A stretch of DNA of 64,000 nt from Bilabrum cf. latius (Eukaryota), in the NCBI GenBank assembly GCA_965178125.1, contig OZ237757.1:806001-870000 (forward strand), in the 5' to 3' direction. Below the pieces are notes generated by a model. The model made no database searches. It was not told the origin of the DNA and saw only the letters and a program-made list of their open reading frames with translations. The translations under genes and the position numbers were made by a program. Positions within the stretch are counted from its first letter, which is position 1; the number at the start of each line of letters is the position of its first letter. This document shows, one piece after another, positions 21,901 to 33,216 of this stretch.

Positions 21901-24900
21901 CAACCTGAAGGAACTGCAGCAGCTTGCTCGCCGGGAGGTGGATCGGCTCACCGATGTCACAAAGGTCCTGCTTGGAGCCGCCCGCTGGCGCGCCACCGGG
22001 CTGCTGGATGGCGCGCTGGCCCGGTTCCGCAAGGCCGCCAGCAGGCTGCTGCAGCCCGGGCCCGAGGGTTGGCTCGCATTCGAGGTGCAGGAGGGCGAGG
22101 CGCGGGGCGGCGTGGCTGCCGCCATCGCAGCGGCTGGGTCCGACCTGAGGCAGCGCGTGGTCGCGCAGATGGAGCGGGCCCTGCTTGCGGCGGTGAGACG
22201 GGCGAGGGTGGAGAGGGAGCGGAGGCAGGAGCAGCAGAAGCAATAGGAGGGGGAAGAGAGGGAAGAGCAAGCATCGGGGGAGATAGAGCATGGCAACTAG
22301 GCAGATGGAGCTCATCTGGAAGAGCGCGCTGTAGTCGTGGGTGAGGGTGCTGGCGGGGAGGAACCGAAATAGGAACTGGCGGGCGAGGAGGAGGAGTAGA
22401 TCTAGTCTAAGGCTGATGATGACGAGTGGAAGGAGCTGTCTCCGAGGAGCTAGTCCAGCAAGGACAAGGACGATGCGGCTGTCGATCGCACGGCGGAGCC
22501 CTAGCCCTTGCCTCAAGCAGGAGGCAGTAGTGCCCGCCCTGCCCCTGCTCCTGCCCCCGCTGACCATGGCCCTCATCAGGAGGGCAAGGAGAAGGAGAAG
22601 GAAACGGGCGGGCGAGTACAGGCTAGCTGGACGGCCAAACGCAACGAAGTGGAAGAAATCGAGGGCACCGACAGCGACAATGGCAGCGACGATAACGATG
22701 ACAGCAGTGACATATTCGGGGAGGGCAAGACGGTGGAAGACACCCTCAGGGCAGTGAGCCAGCTCGTGGCCTCCATGAGAACTGCGAGGGGGTACGTGGC
22801 GCGGGTCGTGAAAAGGGAGGCCCAGTCGCACAGACACGGGGTGGTCAAAGCGGAGGGGGTGGCCAATCTGGGTAGATCGGGCCAGGGTCCACCGATCGAG
22901 TGGGGCACGGCAATCAGCATGTGCCGCGCAGCTGCGTTCGCCCTTCGCTTCGCGCCGAGACTGAGGGCGCAAGCGCTCGCTTGGAAGGAGGAGGCGCAGA
23001 CGCAGATATAGGCACAGGCACAAGAGCAGGCAAGCGGCAGTCAGACCACAGAGGGCCGGGGGCTGCCGAGTCTGTCCACCACCCAACACGCGGGCCCAAG
23101 GCCGCCGCAGGGTAGCCCGCTGGCACGGCAGCGCACGGCCCTCGCCGACTTTGGCCAGGACCAGGGAACAACGGCAGGAACCACAGAGCGAGGCCCGTTG
23201 CCGTCCAGACAAGCCCTCGACGCGGCGCGCGGCGCCGGTTCCGCAGACGCGCTGGAGCTCCGCGTGTCGGAGCGAGCAGACAGGATCGTGGCTGCTGCTT
23301 CGGGCCGCATCTACGTGCCCCAGGGCGCGCTGCAAGGCAGTGCACCCGGCGGGGGCGCCTCCCCCGGTGGTAGAAGCACAGGTTCCATGGGCAGCGGCCG
23401 GTCGGGAAGCCGCCGGGGCTCTGTTCTCCAGCCCAGGCACTCCCGGGCACAGCTGCTGCTGCCGGGGACTTCCCCCCCAGCGGGAGCCTCCTAGCCGGGG
23501 GCATCCTCTCCGGATGGAAAATGGGTTGGGAGCGTGAGTGGCTCCCCGTCTGCTCTACTTAGGCGGTAGACGGCCGCACCTGGATCCCCCGCCATCGACG
23601 ACGACCGGTTGCAACCAACCGCTGGAAGAGGGTCCACGCCCTAGCCGCCCTCCTCCTCACCAAGGGCGGGGAGAGCCCCCACCCATTTAGATGCGGAGGC
23701 ACTCCTTGCCGCGGAGCAAGCATGTGTGACGAGTGCGATGCCGGTGCTGTCCAGGTTGCTGCCGTGGCTCTGGCCCACCTTCGAGACAGGAACAGGAACA
23801 GGGGACAGACGCAGTGCAGAGAGCGGCCCCAACAGGGGCCCTGCCGTGGCCTGCCTGCCCCCGGTGATTGACGGCTGGAGCGGGAGCGGGAGCAGGAGCG
23901 GCGGCGCGGGAAATGGGATCGAAGATGAAGATACCGACCGCCCGACGCCGCCCTCACTCCTGTAGGCACTGCAGTGCGCTGCAGCTGCCGCGGACCACAC
24001 CGCCCGCCGCGCCTCCGACAGCACTGCGGCTGTTTCGCTGACCGCAGGACTCAGGCGGCTGCTGACCCTATGTGGCGACTCGCTGCGGGGATGGACACCC
24101 CCTCTCGGTTCCGCAGGGCGCGGCGCCGCAGAGGGCATGCTGGACGCGTCGCTGGCTGCGGCCGGGGCGGCGCTGCGTGCGTGTGCGAGCGCGATGGTGC
24201 TGCATCGCACTGCGGTGCGGGTGCAGGGGTCCTGCTGCCGGTGCGCCGCCTCGGCTGTGCGCCTGGCGGCAGGCGCGCGGGCCGCGGCGCGGTCGGCTCT
24301 GAGTGTTGATGGATACATCGCTGGGGGTGGGTCTGACGGCGCGATGGAGGCAGCAGCAGAAGCAGGAGCAGGAGCAGGAGCAGGAGCAGACTCAGTAACC
24401 CAGATGGGTAGGCGGGCCCGTGGCACGGGCACGGGCACGCCGCCCGAGCTGTTGGAGGGGCCTGTGGCGTGGCTGTTTGCTGGCAGCAACAGCAGCGGTA
24501 ATGATGGAGGGGAGGAGGATGCGGTTGGCCGGGACGACGATGCACCAGGCGTGGGGGAGGCTGCGGTGGAGTGCGTGGCGGCAGCGCTTGCCATCGTGCC
24601 GGCGGCTCTGGCGTGCATCGCGGTGCACAAGCGAAACGCCGCCGCGCAAGCCCCCGCCCTCGCCGTCCGTCTGCTGTGCCAGCTGCTCCTGGGCGGGGAA
24701 CAGGACGAAATCGAAGATGAAGATGGTGACACGGGTGCTCGTGGATGTGGTGACACGGATGCCTCGCGGGTCGCCATGCTGCGGTGCCTCCCGCGGCCCT
24801 CCGACCTTGTAAGGATGCTCGTTGAGGAGGACGCCGTGGCCGTGGTGGTGGGCTGGCTGCTGGCGCGCTGCGGCGTGGCCGGGGACGGTGAGGGGAGCGG

Positions 24901-25654
24901 GGCCGGGGTCGGGACTGGTGGCGTGGCCGGGGAAGGTGAGGGGAAGCGTGAGGGGGGCGGTGACGACGGCGGGGGCCAGGCGCTGGGGCTGAGGCTGCGG
25001 CTAGTTGTTCCCCGGGGAACTCGGAGCGATAATGGCGGGGCGAGGGGGCGGCAGGTGGACGAGGGTTGCGTGGGTGCTGCGCTGCTGGGCGGTCGATTGC
25101 TTCAGCTGCTGGTGGGGGCGGGTGCCTCCGAGGGAGAGGGGCAGGAGGGTGATGGGGAGGATGGGAGCGTGGCAGAGAGTGTGACGAGTGAGCAGCGGGT
25201 CGACGGTGGCAGCGGAGAGACCCCGGTGCCACTTGGGGGCGCGAGTGGCCGCTATCACTCGTCACATCAGCCAGGTCAGCTGCTCCGAGGCATGGGCTCG
25301 AGCATCGACGTTCTGCGGCGTCGCCAGTGGTTCCGCAACCAGAAAGCCTCCCCCACGTCGCGAGCTGGTGAGGCTGGTGGCGATGGCAGCACGCGTAGCA
25401 GTGCAGTGCACCCGGACCTGTCGTCCGCTTGGAGGGACGCGTAGGAGGTGCTGGAGGAGGAGGACGGCGAGGTGCTTGCGCAGGCCGTGCTGGAGGCAGC
25501 CCGGGAGGGCGCCCAAGGTGCACTGTATTCGGGTACTGTGCGCACCCGGCTGGCGATGCGTCGGCTCGCCAAGGTGTGGGGCCAGGTGGGTGCGGCTGCC
25601 CAGCACGCCGAGGTGAGCGTGGAGCAGGTGGACGAGCACTCGCTCGGGATTTGA
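15968..25654 (+). CDS. Large hypothetical protein (~3,200 aa; helical and low-complexity)
   Basis: Fourteen track ORFs (15968 to 25448) share one frame. They are separated only by ~24 TAG codons, with no in-frame TAA/TGA until TGA 25652-25654. I recognised no domain. Confidence 0.78.
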
Positions 25655-26040
25655 GTCGGGGTGTAGAAGAACCTTGCGCGGTCTGTACGCGGTCCCTGAG
25701 TGGTCATGGAAAGCGTGCAGCACAAGGTGCGCCTGCACGATCCAGTTACAGCTCCGAGAATCGGATCCAACTAGTAAAATTTGATGATTTTGGCAAGATC
25801 CAGGATCAGGACAAATCAAACCGCAAAGCAGACAGACCACTGGCAGTGATCACCCTTTTGACGGGAATATTGAGACTTTTCATCAAGTAATTGTTTACTT
25901 CTCCCAGGCAGTTTCGTAACGTTTTCTGTTGTTTTGGACGAAGGCGGCTGGACCAGCTGGCCAATAATATCGACTGCCAGTGGGCTGATGAGTTTCCAAG
26001 AGGTTTCTCGCATCTCCTGGTTTTAATATATTGCATCGGA

Positions 26041-28131
26041 ATGACATCGTATCCTACAGATACCCTCTCGAGACACGTTCCGTGCTACAAAAATCAAATC
26101 GACGCATTCGTGGAAGAGCTTGGAAGGATTCAGAAATATGCTGGTCCCATGCGTATTGTACTTTCTGGCGATTTGAGCTCAAGCCGTGCCATTAAGGCTG
26201 TTGCCGACTTGCTTGCCACTGCTCCAGGAATTGTGGACATGGACGTGGGCACAACGCGATGCACGCCGCCGGGTGCCACCCTGATCGCGGATGCTTTGCG
26301 GCGATCGAGCTCGAGCCTACTATCATTCTCGGCTAATTCCAATCGAAATCTAGACGTGAAGGCAGCAGCAGCACTTGCAGCAGCAGCCGGGGCGCAGCCC
26401 TCCCTCGAAGACTTAGATTTGAGCATGTGCTGGCTGCACCTGGGCGGGGCTCTGGCTATTGGGAAGGCCATTGAGCAATCCAACAATCTGCAGCGAGTGC
26501 TTGTTAATGCTTGCGGCATCGAGCACAAGGGAGCAGCTGCCATCGCGAACGGGATCAGGGCGAGCACCAGCCTGCAGATACTTTGTCTTGATAACAACCC
26601 GATGGGCGACGATGGTGCCGCCGCCATCCTCAACAGCATCCAGCAATGCCCATCCATGAAGAACATCTTGCTCAGTGATGTTCACGGCGGCGATGAAATG
26701 GCGCGGGCCATGGCGCGGTGCCTGGGCCCCGACAGCCGATGCAGGTTGCAAATCATCAATGTCAATGGCAACTTGATCGGGTCAGATGCAGCTGATGCCC
26801 TGGCAGACGCGATCGCCACAAATGACTCCTTACAATCCTTATTCTGTAGCGCCACGCTGCGCACGCTGGAAAGCAGACAGCGCATGCGAGAGGCCATCCA
26901 GGCTGTGCGGCAGCGGAGGTCGTTCTACTTCAAGGCCCGCGACATGGATGTGCCGCCACGTAACGAAGACCTGGAGGGCTTCTCCTCCTGGCGCCAGCGG
27001 GCCGTGGTGCTGCACAGGAGGGTCCATGCCGCGCGCCGGGATGCAGGCCGCATGGGCCGGGCCGCGGCGGAGGGCAGGCCCCTGGAGCTGGGCAAGCGGG
27101 TCCGGCTGGGGGCACTGGGCGGGGGCTTGCGGGCCCGTGTGCGCGTGGGCGTGGACGGGCGTATGAAAAGCCGGCTGGGTCTGGAAGGATGCAGCGCACT
27201 GCTGTGCGACCCTTTGTGCGGGGCCTGTGTGGGCGGGCACGCGGACTGCGTGGGCGTGCTGCTTGACGGTGTGGTCTCGTTGGGCGATGGGACGCGGGGT
27301 CTGTGGGGCTTGCAGGACGGCGCGTGGGGCATGGGGGCGGATGGGTCCGGGCCTGTGGGGCGGGGCATGAGCTGTGTAGATGTGTGCATGCGGCTGGTGG
27401 GGGCCGCTGGGTACGAGGGTGTGTGCTCGTGTGTGGGCAGGTGGGTGGGTCAGGTGCGTGCGGGTGTGTCGAAGCTGCGTGAGTAGTGGCGTGGTGTGCG
27501 CGACCGTGCAATGCATGCGCGGCAGAAGGCGTCGGAGCTGCGGGAGGGGCTGGGCGCGGATGCACATGCCCGGGAGCAGGCGGCTCGGGAGGCGTGCTTG
27601 GCTCAATCGAGGAAGCTTTGCGAGATGAGCGGGAACGACGAGGAGGATGAGCGGCGAGGCAAAAAGTACGGGTGGTAGCTGTAGGAGGCGGATGAAGAGT
27701 TCGAGATGCAGGAGAGGGCTTGGAACAAGCTGGTGGCTGCCCGGCTGGGAGCGGAAGAGGCCCAGCAGCAGGCCCGTGTCTGCGAGCAAGAGGCGGCGCG
27801 GGTGTGGGAGGGCGTGCGGGCGAGTGTGGATGGGGTGCGGCGGGTGCTTGTGGAGGGGCAGGGGGGGGCGAGGTGCGGGGGCAGTGTGGGGAGCTGTGGT
27901 GGAGGGGAGGGTGCTATAGGGCTGTGGGATGTGGCTCTGGGGGAGGGGGCCGGGGCTGGGCTGCTGGATGCTGCGCTGGGCGCGCTGGAGCGTGGGCTGT
28001 GCGGGGATGGTGTGGACTGGGCGGTGGCTTGCGAGACTGCGCGTGTGCATGAGTGGGCGGTGTGCGAGGCTGTGGATGTGGAGGCGTTGTTCCTTGCTTC
28101 AAAGGAGGGGGGCGGTGCATGTCGGAAGTGA
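26041..28131 (+). CDS. RNI-like leucine-rich-repeat protein with ankyrin-like segment and coiled coil, paralog 1 (~696 aa)
   Basis: LRRs such as LEDLDLSMCWL, LQILCLDNNPMGDDGAAAI and LQIINVNGNLIG. Ankyrin-like PLCGACVGGHADCVGVLL. TAGs at 27484, 27676 and 27682 join a coiled-coil tail. Ends in TGA. Intronless. Confidence 0.85.
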
Positions 28132-28319
28132 GCATCCTGAATCAGATGGCTGCTTTCAATGAGACGGCAATTACAATCTTGCGTTGCCCGACTTCAGCGC
28201 GCCCTGCAGTGAGGAAGAAGGTGACATGTCGTCCACTGGCGCACCCGCACGAATCCACGGGTGTGTCATGAAGCAGTCGCGCTGCAAGTCCCCTAGGCCC
28301 ATGCCCCATGGGTGTGACC

Positions 28320-28754
28320 GATGCTAGCTATACGACACAGAGTCTCGCCTGCCTCCAGACCAGCCTCGCACCCTCACACCTGCTCACATCGCCGATGCTG
28401 GCTATATGACACAGAGTCTCTCCTGCCTCCAGACCAGCCTCGCACCCTCACACCTGCTCACATCGCCGATGCTGGCTATATGACACAGAGTCTCTCCTGC
28501 CTCCAGACCAGCCTCGCACCCTCACACCTGCTCACATCATCGATGCTGGCTATATGACACAGAGTCTCTCCTGCCTCCAGACCAGCCTCGCACCCTCACA
28601 CCTGCTCACATCATCGATGCTGGCTATATGACACAGAGTCTCTCCTGCCTCCAGACCAGCCTCGCACCCTCACACCTGCTCACATCATCGATGCTGGCTA
28701 TATGACACAGAGTCTCTCCTGCCTCCAGACCAGCCTCGCACCCTCACACCTGCT
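28320..28754. repeat. Tandem minisatellite, 74-bp unit, ~5.9 copies
   Basis: Unit GATGCTGGCTATATGACACAGAGTCTCTCCTGCCTCCAGACCAGCCTCGCACCCTCACACCTGCTCACATC(GCC/ATC), starting at 28320, 28394, 28468, 28542, 28616 and 28690. Confidence 0.97.
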
Positions 28755-30402
28755 AACCTTATCGCTCCACGCTGATGCTCGCCTCCCTTCCGCCCGGCCC
28801 TTCTGTTGTGAATATCTTCCTCCTTGGACTCGGCCTGCAGGAGACTAACCTTGCCGGACTAGTCGGTCGCTCCGTTGGCCCCAGTCGCGTCCCCATCCTG
28901 GCCTGGTCCCGGATCGTGCTCGGCTGCACCGCTAGAGCCAGACGAGCACGCTTCCGGCGCCGCGCGAGGCTTCTTGCCGGCGGGCTTGGCATCTTCATCG
29001 GAATCACCCCTGGGCCGTTTCGCTGGGAGGATGCTCCCTGACCCAGGCTGCCCGCCGGCAGCATCCCCCTCTCCGGGTGCTTCAGGGGCCGTTCCGCCCT
29101 TGTGTTGCTCAGAGTCTACACCCATGTCCTCCTATATCTCCTCTTGGTCTGCACTGAGATCAAGCAGATCTGCGCCCCCCGCGCCCGACTTGGGCTGCTG
29201 AGCCCCGCCGTAGGCATCAACCCCGATCTCGTCTTCGTCTTCGTCTTCGTCTTCATCACCCTCAAGGCTTGCTCCATCCTCCTCCCCACCCCCTGCACCT
29301 TTACCCTCACCTGCGCCCCCACCCATAGCCTTCTAGCCATCCCCTCCCCACCCCCTGCACCTTTATCCTCACCTGCGCCCCCACCCATAGCCTTCTAGCC
29401 ATCCCCAGCCAGTTGTTTCTCGCTCTTATGCATCTTCTCCATGGCTCCCTTAAGGTCTGTGCGCTGGATGAAGTCGGGCCACAGCTCTATCAGCGGCTTC
29501 TCGCCGTGTCCTGCCCGCATGTCAATCGTCAAGTGGCACTTCCTTGGGAGCGGGGCGGGCGATGCTGGGCAGTCATTGAACATGCTGACCTCATTCACCG
29601 CCTCAATCACATCTTCTGCTGCCTTTTTAAGCTTCCTGATTTGCTGGTCCCCGTCCTGCAGGTCCATCGCTATTTCTGGCGGGGCACCACTATCATCACC
29701 ATCACCAGCAGCACCAGCAGTAGCAGCAGCAGACGAAGAGGATGAGGATGAGGATGGCGACGATGTGGCTCTTCTTTGCTCACGCGGCAGGACGAACTGT
29801 TCCCTCAGGCCTGCTTGAATGGTAACTGCAGCCTGCGCCCAAGGAGCTCCGGCCTCTGTTCGGTCTGCGACTCGGCTCATCTTGAGAAGAATCGCTGACG
29901 GCGGAGGGCGTGCACTATGGTCCTTATACGCATCTAGAGCATCCTTATAGCTCGCCGTATCACCTGCTTTCCGCACAAGAAACGCGTGGTAGGAGCTCTC
30001 GAGCTATCCAATTGACAGGTCTTCAGCTTCCGCATTACGAGTGTAGTAGATCGTGGTGTAGACTGGCAAAAGCCAAATGCCTCTAGATTTACAGCCCCCA
30101 TCCGGCATCGTTAGGCTGTGCTGCATCAACCTGATAATCGATGCTGACCGCTCAAGCACTCCTAATTGAACGAAGGCTGACACTTCGGGAGCATCAGGCC
30201 GAGCGTAAAACTCCACAACGGTCGGTCCCTCCTCAGTCCCAGACATACCACCAGCCTCTCCGGCAGCATGCCCTTGTTCTTCTCGCAGGAGCTTCTCCTC
30301 CACGTAGTTCCATTTCTTGCCCAGCAGCACATCTTTCCCGACCTTCAATGAATACGACCACACCGATCCCTTCTCTGGACAATCGGAACGCTGAACAACC
30401 AC
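28685..30402 (-). CDS. Hypothetical protein with acidic C-terminal tail; 5' exon unresolved; apparent 1-nt frameshift near 29343
   Basis: ORFs 30004-30402 and 29395-29976 join through TAG. The natural-looking continuation (29132-29326, 28859-29125, also TAG-joined) is in another frame, offset by a 62-bp duplication. First TGA is at 28685. Confidence 0.55.
29281..29404. repeat. 62-bp tandem duplication inside the CDS
   Basis: CCTCCCCACCCCCTGCACCTTTA(C/T)CCTCACCTGCGCCCCCACCCATAGCCTTCTAGCCATCC at 29281 and 29343. Confidence 0.9.
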
Positions 30403-30738
30403 ATACTAGTAAATCGTTCCAGCTTGTTAAGAACCGTAGGCACAATGCAACGAAATGTACGAGAAGACGAACGCTGCAAAGGTTGCTGTTGAAAATTGCA
30501 TCATGAGCTTCATCGACATCTACGGCGAGGCTTTCATGCCCTCTTCACGACAAATGCGAAATCTTGTATGCAACAGCGGCACTGGGGTTGAAAATTGGCG
30601 TAGCGCCTGGTCAGGGGAGGCTCGGAAGTTCCGCTGAGCAATTCGGTGCCGGCGGCGCCTCATCACCTCTGCTGGCCTGGCTGTGCTGAGTCTTAAAGAG
30701 GTTTCTCGCATGTCGCAGTTTTAATATACTGCATCGGA

Positions 30739-32826
30739 ATGACATCGTATCCTACAGATACCCTCTCGAGACACGTTCCGTGCTACAAAAATCAAATCGA
30801 CGCATTCGTGGATGAGCTTGGAAGGATTCAGAAATATGCTGGTCCCATGCGTATTGTACTTTCTGGCGATTTGAGCTCAAGCCGTGCCATTAAGGCTGTT
30901 GCCGACTTGCTTGCCACTGCTCCAGGAATTGTGGACATGGACGTGGGCACAACGCGATGCACGCCGCAGGGTGCCACCCTGATCGCGGATGCTTTGCGGC
31001 GATCGAGCTCAAGACTACTATCATTCTCGGCTAATTCCAATCGAAAGCTAGACGTGAAGGCAGCAGCAGCACTTGCAGCAGCAGCCGGGGCGCAGCCCTC
31101 CCTCGAAGACTTAGATTTGAGCATGTGCTGGCTGCACCTGGGCGGGGCTCTGGCTATTGGGAAGGCCATTGAGCAATCCAACAATCTGCAGCGGGTGCTT
31201 GTTAATGCTTGCGGCATCGAGCACAAGGGAGCAGCTGCCATCGCGAACGGCATCAGGGCGAGCACCAGCCTGCAGATACTTTGTCTTGATAACAACCCGA
31301 TGGGCGACGATGGTGCCGCCGCCATCCTCAACAGCATCCAGCAATGCCCATCCATGAAGAACATCTTGCTCAGTGATGTTCACGGCGGCGATGAAATGGC
31401 GCGGGCCATGGCGCGGTGCCTGGGCCCCGACAGCCGATGCAGGTTGGAGGTTATCCGTGTGAATGGCAACTTGATCGGGCCAGATGCAGCTGATGCCCTG
31501 GCAGCCGCGATCGCTACAAATGACTCCTTGCAGTCCGTACGCTGTAGCGCCACGCTGCGCACGCTGGAAAGCAGGCAGCGCATGCGAGAGGCCATCCAGG
31601 CTGTGCGGCAGCGGAGGCAGATCAAATTCACGGCCCACGACATGGATGTGCCGCCACGTAACGAAGACCTGGAGGGCTTCTCCTCCTGGCGCCAGCGGGC
31701 CGTGGTGCTGCACAGGAGGGTCCATGCCGCGCGCCGGGATGCAGGCCGCATGGGCCGGGCCGCGGCGGAGGGCAGGCCCCTGGAGCTGGGCAAGCGGGTC
31801 CGGCTGGGGGCACTGGGCGGGGGCTTGCGGGCCCGTGTGCGCGTGGGCGTGGACGGGCGTATGAAAAGCCGGCTGGGTCTGGAAGGATGCAGCGCACTGC
31901 TGTGCGACCCTTTGTGCGGGGCCTGTGTGGGCGGGCACGCGGACTGCGTGGGCGTGCTGCTTGACGGTGTGGTCTCGTTGGGCGATAGGACGCGGGGTCT
32001 GTGGGGCTTGCAGGACGGCGCGTGGGGCATGGGGGCGGATGGGCCCGGGCCTGTGGGGCGGGGCATGAGCTGCGTAGATGTGTGCATGCGGCTGGTGGGG
32101 GCCGCTGGGTACGGGGGTGTGTGCTCGTGTGTGGGCAGGTGGGTGGGTCAGGTGCGTGTGGGTCTGTCGAAGCTGCGTGAGTAGTGGCGTGGTGTGCGCG
32201 ACCGTGCAATGCATGCGCGGCAGAAGGCGTCGGAGCTGCGGGAGGGGCTGGGCGTGGATGCACATGCCCGGGAGCAGGCGGCTCGGGAGGCGTGCTTGGC
32301 TCAATCGAGGAAGCTTTGCGAGATGAGCGGGAACGACGAGGAGGATGAGCGGCGAGGCAAAAAGTACGGGTGGTAGCTGTAGGAGGCGGATGAAGAGTTT
32401 GAGGATCTGGAGGAGGCTTGGAACAAGCTGGTGGCTGCCCGGCTGGGAGCGGAAGAGGCCCAGCAGCAGGCCCGTGTCTGCGAGCAAGAGGCGGCGCGGG
32501 TGTGGGAGGGCGTGCGGGCGAGTGTGGATGGGGTGCGGCGGGTGCTGGTGGAGGGGCAGGGGGGGGCGAGGTGCGGGGGCAGTGTGGGGAGCTGTGGTGG
32601 AGGGGAGGGTGCTATAGGGCTGTGGGATATGGCTCTGGGGGAGGGGGCCGGGGCTGGGCTGCTGGATGCTGCGCTGGGCGCGCTGGAGCGTGGGCTGTGC
32701 GGGGATGGTGTGGACTGGGCGGGGGCTTGCGAGGCTGCGCGTGTGCATGAGTGGGCAGTGCGTGAGGCTGTGGATGGTTGTGCGGTGAGGCGCCTCGTTC
32801 TGCATGCAGGAGGCGAGCATGGCTGA
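30739..32826 (+). CDS. LRR protein paralog 2 (~695 aa)
   Basis: Near-identical to 26041-28131, with the same three in-frame TAGs. Ends in TGA. Confidence 0.85.
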
Positions 32827-33216
32827 TGATGACTGGACGGGGCACTTGCTTGGAAGATGTTGCAGAATGCTCCACTGTTAGTCATGCCTGACGCAGCCTG
32901 ATAATCTGTGCGGTTGCTTGCTCTAGCCTGTTGACGCAGATCATTGCTGCTTTCCACAACCAAATGACGGTCTACCAGCCATCGCGGCGCCACGCGGTCG
33001 CCGCTGCGCAATGCGCATCACGAGTCGAAACAGCACGCAACCGTGCGGGCCTGCAGGATTGACTCAGATCCAAGCGCTGCGACGCAGAATAAATCTGCTC
33101 GCCTCGTTTCAAGTACTGCTTCTTTGTTTCACTCAATTGCCGTATCCTGTTTAACGGCAGGACTCGGGTTGAAGTCAGGAAACGGTTCTGAACGACACGG
33201 GCAAAACACAGGCGCG

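Noticed and set aside
25891-26040. N-terminal extension of LRR paralog 1 in the ORF track
   Set aside because: It starts at a non-ATG codon and is not shared by paralogs 2 and 3, which begin at the equivalent of ATG 26041.
28320-28754. Possible CRISPR array
   Set aside because: The units are contiguous and near-identical with no unique spacers. There are no cas genes and the context is eukaryotic.
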